Part shown: piece after piece, positions 26,642 through 39,499 of the stretch
Position numbering within the stretch: the first letter of the stretch is position 1
Layout of the letters: every line of letters starts with the position of its first letter
From: Dicyema japonicum
Taxonomy: Eukaryota; Animalia; Dicyemida
Length of the DNA stretch: 64,000 bases
Assembly (NCBI GenBank): GCA_011109175.1
Contig: RDEW01000045.1
Coordinates: forward strand, 401,553-465,552
Direction: 5' to 3'
Notes under the pieces: model-generated
Database searches by the model: none
Told to the model about the DNA's origin: nothing
What the model saw: the letters and a program-made list of their open reading frames with translations, nothing else
Program-made: the position numbers and the translations under genes

Positions 26642-28316
26642 TGGATTAATATTTATTTAGATTCAGTTTCTTTAATCATTTACTTATTATTTACTAATAT
26701 AGTTTACAAGAATTATGTGGAATCCTTTCCAAACTTGGAAATGTCGCCCCTCCTATCTATTTAGTGTTAAAGATCCCTTCAATTTAGATTTTTGATTTTT
26801 TATGATTGTTCTATTTTGTCATTTCTAATAAATATCAAAGTCTATATTCTTAACAAACACAACTCTCGTGGATTTCCCATTGTCTATTCTTTAGTTATGT
26901 GCTCTTTACCGGGTGACGCAGTGTTAAAAGTCGGAAAAAAGTCTGATAGCCCCTAGTTCGAATTTAGCTGCTGTACATTCCGGCTGAAGTTTCTACGTAT
27001 ACGATGCTTTCGTTTGACGCGTGACTCCGTCATTATTGAAAATCTCACTGGAGAAAAGGACTCACATCAAACAAAAATAAAAAAAAAGTTAATATAATTC
27101 TTTGGTTCTCCCCCATCGATTAGTTATGATAACTTCTTTACTTAAATAATGTGTTTGTCCTGTCTGGGAGGAACTATGGTTAATATGGATATATTGTGTG
27201 CTCGTGATTTTAGTACATTTCTAGTTAATTTTAGCATTACAAAACATATCAGTTAGTGAAGTAAACCCGGCCTCACTAACTTGTAGGAGGCCAGCAGCTA
27301 TTAAATAGGACGCAACAAATTCCGGTCGCTCCTACAGATCGGTCAGTCCCGGCATTTTAGACGAACGTTGTGCTATTTCATGACATTCAAATAGGTGATT
27401 TGTTGTCAACACGTAGAGGTTGCAAAAGGGACAGAAAATATCGTACGTCAATGGAGAGGGGTAGTGGCCACATCGTAGACGAGCCAGGTTTACCCGGACG
27501 TCCCTCGGAAGAGAGGATTCTGATTGGTCTATTAGAGGAGTGGCCGATTTAATATTTTATTATCATCGAGTCTTCAGAAGCTTCTCGTAGAAACAAAATC
27601 GTGTGTCTGTTTCAGATGACTCCGGTCTTTGGGAGTGGAAGAGATGGATGATTTCATTCGAGACAGGTCACTGGTTGTCATAATAATTTTTATTTTGTTT
27701 TGGGGTTTGCATAGAGAGTGGCAGGGATGGTCTAAGCCAGGGGTCGACAAATACTTTTGAAGAAGAGCTACTTTTTGACATTTTTGGAAATTACGAAAAA
27801 TTTAAGAACCACCAGGAACATCAGTTTTCATCTTCTTTCTTTGCACTTTTGTTAACAAATTTTTTACCGAATATTTAACATATATTTGTTAACAAAAAGT
27901 TGATTGTGGAAGGGTATGATCTGGACACCACGAAATCACTACATAGAAGGTACTAATATTTAAAATTGTCCCTTGGATTTCACACAAAGGGTTTTAAGTA
28001 CCATGATTTTCGTGAAGGTGCATAATACAGATTTATATTAACTATCATATATGCGTATTTAGTAACAATATATATGCTGTTTCAGAGTTGATTCAACTTT
28101 AAAGCGTGAAAAATTCAAATTCAGAGACTTTATATATTAGATATTTTCTTACCTCTAAGCATAGGGTTCAAATGTCCCCTGAATCAAGCACATCATATGA
28201 CCAAAGCTTTAATCTCTAATGAAAAAATGTAAATATTAAAAACTTAATAAATTACAAATAACCTGAATATTATATTTGAAATCAGGAAAAAGAAAAATAA
28301 TCAACCAATTTAATAA

Positions 28317-30087
28317 CTACCAATTAAATAATGCTCCCAAAATGCCATCTCTTTTCTGTTTAGTCCGTATTTGTGAAGGATATTCTAAACGTTGATAGGA
28401 AATGTCAAAAAACATAGGTTTTATTGACATACCAGACATCTCAGTATTATTCTTTCCTTCATTCAACTCAAAAAGACCCTAAACTAATTACCCCAACGAA
28501 CCTTTGCCTGTTCATAAAGAGAGGAACCAGTTGACATTGAAACGATAGAATCTCTCTTCCAAACAGGCAGCCACATGGCAATCTTTTCCAAGCGGTCAAT
28601 CCAAAAACTGGTATCGTCCGCTAAACCACAGCAGTTCTTTACGGAGGCCATAACGGGGGGGATTAAGTCAGAGAGTTGGTCACAAAACTGTGCCACGTTA
28701 CTGTACTTTCGTTTGTTAATTAAACTCCTCACTTTACACACACCACTAAACATAAATAACTGATAAGTGACCCCATAATAATGAAGACTTCACGTTGCAG
28801 TTTGAATTGGTCCCCTTCTCCATGATATGTGAATTCCATGAGTCTATCCAATCTCTAGGAATAAACCAATACCCCCACGTGCGAAATCCGACCATACAGA
28901 TTGCATAGTCTCTCAGGAATGGACAACTTTGAGCGGGATTTACCAGTTCTGTAATGATGGGAGGTTCCGTCGACCTCCAAGGCTTTGACAATTAGGAGAT
29001 CCCGTTGATTCTCGTAGATATGCTTCCAAAAGTAAACGAATATAAAGAGGGACTGCTTTGAAGTCATTTCAGAGACTGAGAGGGAAAATAACTCGTCGAT
29101 TTTCTTGGATGAGTTAACAGAAAACCAGAATTTTCAGCCTTTTCCGTGACTTGTTCAAAAAATCTGTCGAGGATTTTATTATTTGTTGGTATTCCGCGAT
29201 CCCAAAATCTTTAAAGTCCATTTGAAGTCGGTAGAATTCTTTGAATCCAGCGTACTCCATAATATCGGGAGTTAGCTCCACAGAAGTCCCAAACACTTGC
29301 AGAACGGGGTCACAGGTTCCGTTTTTTCCGTTGAATTCCTTCAAAATGTCCAACAAACTCAAACGTTAAGTGAGATTTCTTCCATTCCTTCACAGAGATC
29401 TTCCGAGGTAACCGAATCTCTGTGATATCTGCATATTTCTAGCTTTTGGTCAATCTCCAAAACTATATAAGTGTACTCATTCCTGTAGGAAGGATAATTC
29501 CCTTGTCGGTCACCCAACGTCTCGTAGATTCGTCTATTCTTAAACGAAGTAGTACCTTGCACGATTTAAATAATGAAAAGCCATAGACCACTTTTCGAGA
29601 TGAAAACTACAGGTTCCTCTAACCCACGAGGAGTACGCATCGATCTCGAGCCATGTCGTCGAATCTATGGAGGCACGTGTTTCTCCTGAAATGGAGAGAA
29701 GAAGTTTGGCCATTATCTCGGCCTTTCTTAGCCTCCGTCGGAGTCTGAACAAGCTCCTAGAATCGGACTGGGATCGTACGAGCATGGTCGCTCGACTCAT
29801 GGATCTCTCAATAGTGAAGATCATCAATTCGAGAAATTTGTGGTCCCTCAGACAGGAGGAGTTGAAAGGTTTGAATAAAAATTGGTTTTTTTATGCAATT
29901 TTTGAAGTTCAAGGATTCCTAGTGTTTTTGATTCTCCTAGTACAATGAATACTATATCCCGGATAGTCATTATATTTAATTCCGTGGTTGTTTTGAGCTT
30001 GTTTTACAACATGCAATACTTATTTTTTATTTATATACATTTACTTGGAAGTTTAATTTTTTCTGATAAATTACCACGTAAATCCAT
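28317..30087 (-). CDS. SRP68: Signal recognition particle subunit SRP68
   Basis: ILHVVKQAQNNHGIKYNDY..HCTRR, IERSMSRA..RLRKA..IDAYSSWVRG..EKW..RRIYETL, and C-terminal IKPMFFDISYQRLEYP..GILGALFNW*. Introns 30044-30019 (26 nt), 29555-29534 (22 nt) and a 23-nt one near 28490. Homopolymer indels at about 29917, 29890 and 29362. Confidence 0.92.
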
Positions 30088-30177
30088 AATGCTCAGTAGC
30101 GTTTATTTGAATTTAAATAATTTTATTATTTATTAATAATAAAACTATTTTTAACTAACTTAAATGATGTGTCGCCA

Positions 30178-30560
30178 AAATGTCATGTGGCTCGCCGACG
30201 ACGTGGTGGCATTTGGAAAAAAAGAATCACACTTTCCCTTATCTTTACGGGTGGACCAATAAGGAAGGCCTGCGCCGCTGCGGAGACGTTGAGGAAAATC
30301 CTGGACCAGCCAGAATAGTCCAACTAAACATAAATGGAATCAAGAACAAGATACTCGAACTTCGGACATTTGTGAAAGAAAATCACATTGATCTGTTGCT
30401 AATTCATTAGCCTATATCTTCAACCTATCCACTTTCTCCAAAGAATTCAACACCGGTATTTCCGGGATTCACAGTAATTCGCTAAGACAAATTGGCAAAC
30501 TTGGTGGGGGTCTTCTCACAGTTATCTGTAACGGCATTCCAATTGAGGACTTAACTAACA
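30178..30560 (+). mobile_element. 5' end of Ingi/Vingi-like LINE with intact 2A motif preceding the APE
   Basis: ORF 30180-30410: 42-aa leader ending EGLRRCGDVEENPG|P, then ARIVQLNINGIKNK..ELRTFVKENHIDLLLI (APE N-terminus). Confidence 0.85.
30264..30308 (+). other. 2A (StopGo) ribosome-skipping motif EGLRRCGDVEENPGP
   Basis: Exact match to the G-D-[V/I]-E-x-N-P-G-P consensus. DVEENPGP is at 30285-30308. Confidence 0.85.
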
Positions 30561-33131
30561 GTGCTTACAATAATATGCCAACTGAGCAATTCTAAATATT
30601 ATGGACTTGGATTTCCCATCCACTCAAAGTTGACAAGTGCAGTCCACCGTATATGGAGTGTGAATGACAGGATCTGTGTTTTAAAAATCCGTCTAAACGA
30701 CTTACCTCCTTCGAAGAGCTTTCTGACAATTATAAATGTTTATGCGCCACACTGCGGGAGAGTAGCGAAAGATCCGACAGAACTAGAGACTTCTATTCAA
30801 CACTGTTACAGACGTACAACGAATATGAGTCGTCATCACTAATACCCATTGCTGGGGGTTTGAATGCAAAAATTGGGATGAAGATTAACCCGGATGATGT
30901 TTTCTTGAGAGAACATGGACGTGGTATAAGAAACCTACCCGATACAATACTTGGTCATTTATGTATGGCAAACAACCTTTTCCTATGCAATACTGCATTT
31001 ACGCATCCTGCTTGCCACAAAACTACGTGGATGGGTAAGCGAAGGAACTCAGAAGGAAAGCTGGCCCCAATATACAACCAAATAGATTATGTCATTTGTC
31101 GGGCTAAAGACAAACACCTTCTAGTAAACGCACGTTCATATGAAGGCTCGACGACTGTCAGCGACCACAAGATGTTTAATGCAACCTTCACCCTGAAAAA
31201 AGGGAGAATAGTAAAATGCACCTGAAGGCTATTCATCCAGATGTTCCTGAGCTTGCGAAAAGTTAAAAGAAATAAACACGAGAAAATTAAATGCCACTGA
31301 CACTAATACGATTAAAGCCCTTCAGGCGAAAGGCAACGTGTCAGAAGAAAAATAAAGGTCTGAACAAGAAGCTTTTCCTAGAATAAATAGCTTCCTGTAT
31401 AAAAGAGTAAACAAAGTGAAAGACAACGCACAGGTGTACGTCGCTGCCCGTTTGCTGCGGCGAACATTCGACTAACCATAAAACGAGAACGGTAAGCTGA
31501 TACTAAGCACCGAAGAACAAACTGAAGCCATCGCGGCTAACTTTGAGATGCTTTTCAACATCAAAACCATAGAAATCCACCCACTTGATGGAAGCCAAGA
31601 CCCCTGGAGATACCAATCACGGCCGAGGAAATCAAAACGGCCTGCCGAAAACTCAAGAAAAACAGAAGCTCTGGACCAGATGCGATAAACCCAGAATTAC
31701 TGAAATACGGCCCTGACCTTTTTTGAAAAAATCGCTACACTACTAAATGAAATGTTTTCAACTAACCCAAATCTATCTCTGGGTACCGGACTACTAATCC
31801 CCATACAAAAAACCAACAAAACCAGAGGACCGCTCGAAAATTTGCGACCCATCATACCACTAAATTCATTACGCAAAGTCTTGGCAAACATTGTGCTTAA
31901 ACGAATAAAAGGGTTTGCTTACAAATACCTACCAGATAGTCAAAGTGGTTTTCGAGAAGGGAGATCCACAGCTGATGCGGTCTGGAATCACAGATGGAGG
32001 TGTGAACATATCAAAGATACAGTAACGCCACCAATATTGGGAATTGACCTATCAAGAGCCTATGATGAAGTTAACAGTAACAAATTAATAAGGGTACTGA
32101 GCAGATTTCTTGATGAGTCAAGTCTAAGGATGACCCGAATTCTACTTTCCAACACTGAGCTCCTTGTGAGAGTCGGAAAAACCTATTCAAGAAAATTTGA
32201 AACAAACACGGGTACTCTACAAGGAACTCCTTTCTCCTCTACTATTCACAATTTATTTGGAAGCCGCTATGAGGGAACTTAGATCGTTATACCAAGGAAA
32301 GACGGAAGAGGTGATCTACACGGACGATGTAGACCTAATTTCTGAAGACAAAGAGGTCCTGGAAAATCTATTAGAAAAAGCACCAGATGTACTAGGGAAA
32401 TGGTTTCTTACCGTGAACAGAGAGAAAACAGAACTCACAGATAAGAAGATGAGTAAAGTCCTAGAAGAAAGTGGCGACAAGTAAAAAACTCGGTTCACTT
32501 ATGGGAGATATGAAGATATTTTACGTAGGAAAACTCTAGCCAATGCTGCGTTATATAAACTGAAGAATCTATGGCTCAATCAAAGAGGTTTGACACGAAA
32601 ATGAGAATCCTATTATACGACTCATTCATAAAACCCGTACTTTTATATAACGCTGGAACTTGAGTGACCTCATCAGCAAATATGGAAAAACTAGACTCGT
32701 TCCACAGAGGTCAGCTGAGAAAAATAACAGGAACTACTTGGCCTACGAGAATATCGAGAAATGCCTTATATAAGAGATGCACTAGACAGACCTATCAGTT
32801 TAGAAGTACTTGAATCCCGATGGAAGCTCTACGGACACGTGCTGAGGATGGAATTAACATCCCCACCGAACATATCTATGGAAACATACTATGTTAGTCA
32901 AGAAGACCGCTATCGTGGAAGACCTAGAACAACAATACCAATAGTCTTACAGAAAGACCTGGTCAATATCAAAAGAAATCTAAAAAATGCCGACGACCTG
33001 GACAACATGAGAGCCTTGGCTAGGAATAGGGGAGCATGGTAAAGGATAACATCCAACCTTGTTACTTTTGCTGCCAATGCGAGGCTACAATTAGTATGGC
33101 TCTCGTGAAGTGCTTGAATAATAATAATAAT
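30561..33131 (+). mobile_element. RTE-clade LINE (5'-truncated in APE, many lesions)
   Basis: APE (INVYAPHCG, YNQIDY, SDH), RT (LRPIIPLN, QSGFREGRST, GIDLSRAYD, QG, YTDDVD), C-terminal RGRPRTT, and a (TAA)n tail at 33117-33131. Confidence 0.9.
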
Positions 33132-33134
33132 AGC

Positions 33135-35343
33135 GTGGCATCATGTGGTTCACCGGATACAACAATTCTAGAGGCGCTCAGAATGCTCTTATAGTATCTC
33201 GAAAAATGACCATTAGCTCTATTCCACCGGAAGTACATGTCGCCCCTGGTCGACGGATTACTGGTATGGCATCTGCTTCTCGGATTCGTGACCTACACAA
33301 GTCAACGGACCGGATCTCTGTCATACAACTAAATGTGAACTGAAGGGCAAAATTATTAAACTTAAAACTCTGATTGTTAAACTCATAGTTGACATCGTGC
33401 TCATCCAAAAATCGAAGCTATCAGCAAAAGATACTACGCCCCTTTTTCATGGATACAACATAATAATGCCGATCGCACTAAAAAACGTAGAAGAGGACTA
33501 CTTACATTAATCAGAAAAGGCTTAAAGTTTGAGGACCATACATCGAAGTGAAAAAACTCTTGGGAAGTGATGAAACCACGGAGATAATCGGAATATCTGT
33601 TGGCACAGCAAAAGGAAGTATATATATTATAAACATGTATATACCTCCTCCTGTCTCATGTCGGAAACATTACACTATGCCGGACTTATCAGCACTGGAG
33701 AGTTGGAATGAAGTTGTGATATGTGGCGATTTGAATACCAAACACCCTCTCTGTTGTCAAATCAGTCAGCAGATACAAGAGGAAATTTGCTTTGTCGAAG
33801 TCTGGCAATCTGACAATCATCAAAAACACAAGAACACCTCAAAGGAACTCTGACAATCTAATCTCCTCAAATATCACACTCTGTTCACCACAGCTTTCAA
33901 CAATAATTAATTGGTCCGTCATCTACGACACCTGAAGTGATCATAACCCTATTCTGCTAAAAATCAAAATATAAATTACCAGTGGAAAGAAGACACCTGC
34001 ATATATATATATACAATCTTGCAAATTGACAACTATTCCGATCGTTACAGATCAACATTTGACTAATATAAAACTGGAAAACTTCACCTCCCTTGATATG
34101 GCGGTTGCTTACGTTAACAAGGTCATTCTGGAAGCAAGATCTATGGCTGTCCCTAAAAGATATGCCGTTTACACGAGTTAGTACGGAAGGAAGGCTCTGG
34201 TCAAGGAAAAAAACCGTCTCAAAAAAGCACGGATCCGTTCCTTCGAAGCAAGGATCCGTCTAAAAGTGCTGAACGAGGAAATAAAAGCCAAAGAATTCAA
34301 AATACAGAGAGCAAAATGGAAGATGGTCCTTATGTCATTAAATCGTAACCGAACAACATTCGAAGTCTGGAAAACTATCCGAAATATCTCGAAGGTGGAT
34401 GAGAGGACACCCGGAAACGACGAATTTAGCCAAAAGGACCTAAACGCATTAATAAAATATTACACAAAAATCTCTCACAAAAACCATATGAGGATTGATT
34501 CAACCAAACCTAAGATAACCGAAAAGATCAATTCAACTTATTTCACTAAAAAAGAGGTAATGGCATCCCTAAGCCAAATAAAAGTAACACATTTACATGG
34601 TACAGACAGAATTCCCACAATTCTTCTGAAAAACCTAGGCAATGAGGGAATCGGTACCCTGACCAAAATCTACAACTGGTCAATTAACTATAACTCAATT
34701 CCAACGATGTAGAAACTTGCAAACATCCGCCCAGTGTTGAAGCCCGGAAAACCGAAAAAAGACCCAGTTTCCTTCAGGCCTATTTCTCTCTTGAGCTCCG
34801 TGTCAAAAATTCTGAAAAAGCTCATCGTCGCAAAAATACTGAAAGGACTCCCGATAAATCGTTCCAGTATGGTTTCAAAAAGGATCGGTCCACAACAAGC
34901 TTCCTCACATCCCTGACTAACTTTATTCGCTCTGGATTTCTGTGCAAACCAAAACACCAGAAAACTGTGTTATGTTCACTGGACATCGACAAAGCTTAGA
35001 CTATCTTAAGAAAAAATTTAACATGGAAAATCTACCAATCAGATATCACTGAAAATCTCAAACGCTGGCTGAGTAACTTCCTCAGCGGTCGGAGAAAAAG
35101 AGTGTGCATTGGAAACATTTGTTCTGTCTCTCGTTTATTTCCAAATGGAGTGCCCCAGGGTTCGCCGCTATCACCATTCCTATTCAACTTATTTACGGCT
35201 GACAGTCCAACGCCGAATGGAGAAGACGACCTGCTTCTGGCTTATGCAGACGATATCGTCTTAGCTTCACGGGATCAGAACATCCAAACAGCGACGGAAA
35301 GAATACAACACCACATGGATTGAATACTCGAGTGGTTGAGAAG
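33135..35343 (+). mobile_element. Ingi/Jockey-type APE-RT LINE, degenerate, 3'-truncated
   Basis: VIQLNVN, IINMYIPP, VVICGDLN, KPGKPKKDPVSFRPISLLS, GVPQGSPLSPFLF, YADDIVL. Confidence 0.8.
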
Positions 35344-36127
35344 CACCATGGGGAGATGAAGACACAAAGTATAGTGTAGCTAAAGTGCACAAGTCACCAG
35401 TCTAACTATTCGACTAATTAACCACTAACTCGTCATATTCATTAGTTTTTTAAACTGTACTTTATAAATAACACATTTAATGATAAACATTTTAAATTAA
35501 TGTCTAACATATTGTAAAAACCAATTACTTTAACAGTTGTTTGTCTATAATCGATTATACTATAAACCATCTTAGTTTTTCCAGTTTTGAACAATGAATC
35601 GATAATACGCTATGGTCTTGGTTAGAATTCTTTCTGTCACAAAATTGGAAGAACTAGTCTCCATTGATGAGGAACATGGGAATTAATTCTTGTTCTATTA
35701 ATAAGGACTTTTACAGGATTGTTAATAAAACCAACAAAACCGAAATTAGTAACAGAATTAATGAAACTAACTAATCGTTGTTGACATCACTTTCATCCAT
35801 ATCTTCATCACCGAAATTCATTTTAATCTCCTCATCTTCTAATTCTTTGGCTATATTTTCATCATCAAAATCTTCTGTTGTGTCTTCAACATAATCATTT
35901 GAATTCACAGTTCCTATCAATTCTATTATCTATTTTTACTTATTTTCTGAATAACCAACAATGAAAACAATATTGATATGACAAAAATCATTTCACTTGA
36001 AATTACAAAAATTTATTACATAAATAAGGTTAACCATAAATAAACTAAAAAATTTTAATATTAAAATTAAAAGTTAAAATATAATTTCTAACTTAGTCTG
36101 TTTTTTACCTCTTTGTAGACTACTCTT
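35344..36127. repeat. Segmental duplication copy 1, left part (pairs with 45729-46502)
   Basis: Near-identical to 45729-46502 by direct comparison. Continues after the RTE at 38963-39356. Confidence 0.95.
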
Positions 36128-38962
36128 TTTGGTGAGGTGGTGACGTGCCTCTTTTCTTCTCTGTACAACGGTTAAGAAAAATGTCTGAAAAACACTCATC
36201 ATACAATCGAGAATTCAGGCTAATGACGTTCAACGCACGTGGAATATCGAAAGATTGGACAAGGAAAGTATTTTGTGACGATCTCGAGAAATACAAAATA
36301 TCTATTGGCTGCCTACAAGAGACGAAAATCGAAAATGGACGCGATGAGACATGGAACAACTACCGACTGATTCTCTTCCCAACTGAATACAAGCACTACG
36401 CCATGAGATTTGCCCTACACGTGGATTGCCTCAAAAAATTACATCGCTATTGGAGAGTCAACGACCGAATATGTGTCCTACAAGTCAAACTAAATCAACT
36501 ATGCCCGTTTAAGAGTCTATTAACCGTCATAAATGTCTATGCACCACACTGTGGACGAGTAATTAAGAACCCCGGTGAGCTCGAGGAATTCTACTCAGAA
36601 CTATCAAGCACATACTCTAACAATGCTTCCTCGTCCCTTGTCTTTGTTGCGGAAGATATTAAATGCAAAGGCCGGAATGCGAATGGGGCCCGAAGAATAC
36701 TNCGTCATAAATGTCTATGCACCACACTGTGGACGAGTAATCAAGAACCCCAGTGAGCTCGAGGAATTCTACTCAGAACTATCAAGCACATACTCTGACA
36801 ATGCTTCCCCGTCCCTTGTCTTTGTTGCGGAAGATATTAAATGCAAAGGCCGGAATGCGAATGGGGCCCGTAGAATACTTTATTGGAAGACACAGGCGCG
36901 GAAGAAGAAATGCTCTAGAGCCTCTCTGGTGAACTTCTGCGAGGCAAATAGCCTTTTCCTGTGCAACACGGCCCTCACGCACTCAGCTTTCCTCAAGACG
37001 ACGTGGCACGGACAAAGAAAAAACTCTGTCGGAGAGACCGTGAATATATAATCAAATCGACTACATTATCTGCCGAAAGTTTGATAAACACCTGATAAAT
37101 GTTGCACGTTCCTACCAGGGAACAACAACTGACAGCGACCACAGGATCGTCATTACAAAACTTTCTGTAAAAAAGCACCTGACTGGGAAAAAATACATTG
37201 AAAACGCGAAGAAGGCGAGACAAAGGCCCAATATATACTTTCAAACAGAAAAATTGTGGTTAGAGCCCACTTGTAGAGCTAAATATCACGAACAAATCGA
37301 GACTCTTATGGAGAAAACCGCACCGGAATCATCAGTACGAACTCTGTCGGATCAAACAAAGCAGGTAATCTCCAAGTCGGCCAATATATACCTTGGAGTC
37401 CGAAATCATTACGCCCTAAAATTGGATCACCACCCGAACGTGCCAGATATGGCAAAGCATTGCAGATAGCTACGGCTAAAAGTGGCAAACACGTCAGACG
37501 AGAGTAAAAAAAAGAGCTTAGTATCTAATAAAGGGAACAAAGGGAACTAAAATGGAAAATCAAAAAGATGAACAGAAAACACTCACTGGAAATTATTACA
37601 TCCCTATTAAAAGATATGGAATGCCTAAAGGACAATTCAAGGATGTATGCGGCTGTTGTGGACAAAGAAAGGACAAAACATCCTTCACATCAAAGACAAA
37701 GATGGAAAATTCGTGGGTAACCCGGAAGAAAAAGCAGAATTGATTGCACGACACTTCGAAACACTGTTGAATAAAGAAAACATCCTTCACATCAAAGACA
37801 AAGATGGAAAATTCGTGGGTAACCCGGAAGAAAAAGCAGAATTGATTGCACGACACTTCGAAACACTGTTGAATAAAGAAAATAATGACTTTCCTCCTTT
37901 CCAAGGAGAAGCAAAGGCGCTAAAAATCCCAATCACAGTGGAAGAGGTGGAATTAGCGATAAATAAGCTGAAGAACAACAAGACTATCTGAGGACAGAAG
38001 GAGCAACTTCCCGTAGTTTCAAAACAACGATTGCGACACCCCAGGGTGATTCCCTCTTCCTTTACTATTCACCATATACCTTGAATCTGCACTCCGCGAC
38101 CTCCGTTAATGCTATATAGGAGACATAGAAGAGACATCTTATGCGGATGATGTGGATTTTGTATCATGGAACGTGACCGCACTCCAACACCTGCTAGAAA
38201 ATGCACCTGCGGAGCTTGAGAATTGGTTTCTCAGCGTAAATGTTAACAAAACTGAAATTACGGAAATCAAAAGAGAAGACAATATTACTCATGAAAGATG
38301 GAGACGTACTAATAAGCTTGGCTCTCTACTAGGAGACGCTGAAGATGTACTAAGGAGGAAAACATTGGCAAATGCGGCAATGGCTAAACTGAAGAAAGGA
38401 TGGCTAAGGGCCAAAGGACTTGAAATTGACATCAGATGCAGGCTTTACAGCGCGTTTGTGAAATCAATCCTACTGTATAACGCTGGAACATGGGGAAGTT
38501 CCTTCAACGAACTATTGAAACTGGATTCGTTCCATAGAAGGCAATTAAGAAGCTTACTCGGAATGGAGTGGCCACGTAGAATATCAACCACTGGTATCTA
38601 CAAAAAGTGTATTTTCTTACATCAGCAAGGATGTGATAGATGCCCGGTGGAAGCTATTTGGGCATGTATTAAGAATAAACCCGGACGCACCCGCTAAAAA
38701 AGCGATGGAAGATTACTTTGACAGTTGCGAAAAACCCTTCCGCGGACGACCTAGATCGACACTTCCAACAGCCCTAAACAAAGATTTAAATCGTGTGAGA
38801 AAAAATCTAAAGACGTGGGACGACCTGGACGAATTGAGATCACTCGCATTCGACAGAGGAAGATGAAGAAGAGTGAACTATAAATATTGTTTCTTTGAGA
38901 GTTGCACATGCGGGGCTATAATCATTATGGCTTTCGTGAAAGTGCCTTAATAATAATGATAA
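36128..38962 (+). mobile_element. RTE-clade LINE with 5' end, internal deletion and 12-bp TSD
   Basis: ATG at 36181 (LMTFNARGI..SIGCLQETK), RT YADDVD, C-terminal RGRPRST, tail taataataatgataa. TSD tagactactctt (36116-36127) / tagaccactctt (38963-38974). The uninterrupted empty site is at 46491-46502. Confidence 0.92.
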
Positions 38963-39356
38963 TAGACCACTCTTCTGAAGGTAGTAGAAGGGTAAGGAAA
39001 ATCGAACGGTTTTCTTCCATGCAGAACTTTCACTGAGCGCCACCACAACAACAAATGAACCGCATGACGCCACGCTTAAAATTTCACCTCTGAAAATTAT
39101 TTTATATACTAAAATTACTGAACTACGCTGTTTTACTATGACTAATTCTGTGGATATTGATTTATTTAAGAAACGAACTCTTTCTCAAAAACCTAACTCC
39201 AACTTTCTCTAGATACTTGATGTTTCACAAAGACCTTAGACTCGGAAGAGGTGGAAGGCTCCTTACCATTGTCAGGAGTCAGATCCAAGTAGAGGATTTA
39301 TAGGATAAAATATCAACTCGTTTCCTCCCCGAAAATCCTTTTGAACATCTTACTAC
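38963..39356. repeat. Segmental duplication copy 1, right part (pairs with 46491-46886)
   Basis: Direct sequence match. Confidence 0.95.
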
Positions 39357-39499
39357 TGTCGAACCCCGGGGTGAGGCATCAAAGTGCTCCAAAACCGGGG
39401 TTTGGTTCAAACTATTGATTTATGGTTGATTTAACTTAAATTTTTGTTTACTTTGCGAAAAAGGAACTTCTTCACCTCTTCCAAAGTGTTTATAAAATA

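Noticed and set aside
26905-26980. tRNA-like A/B boxes (also 62100-62170 minus, 18960-18990)
   Set aside because: No cloverleaf can be formed. At best these are eroded SINE heads.
30165-30235. HDV-like ribozyme (L1Tc Pr77-type) at the 2A-LINE 5' end
   Set aside because: P1 (aatgtca/tggcatt) and P2 (tgtgg/tcaca) can be drawn, but there is no catalytic C in J4/2 (aagaat), no P1.1 CC and no P4.
33260-33345. Degenerate 2A in the 33.1-kb LINE leader
   Set aside because: Only gga-ccg before the APE start, with no DxExNP even allowing one indel.
36525-36879. 177-bp tandem duplication inside the RTE
   Set aside because: The copies meet exactly at the N (36702), so this is a scaffold overlap artefact.
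37675-37878. Exact 102-bp in-frame tandem duplication
   Set aside because: It is 100% identical inside an otherwise decayed element, and this element already carries an N-junction artefact, so it is probably an assembly artefact. Reads are needed to decide.
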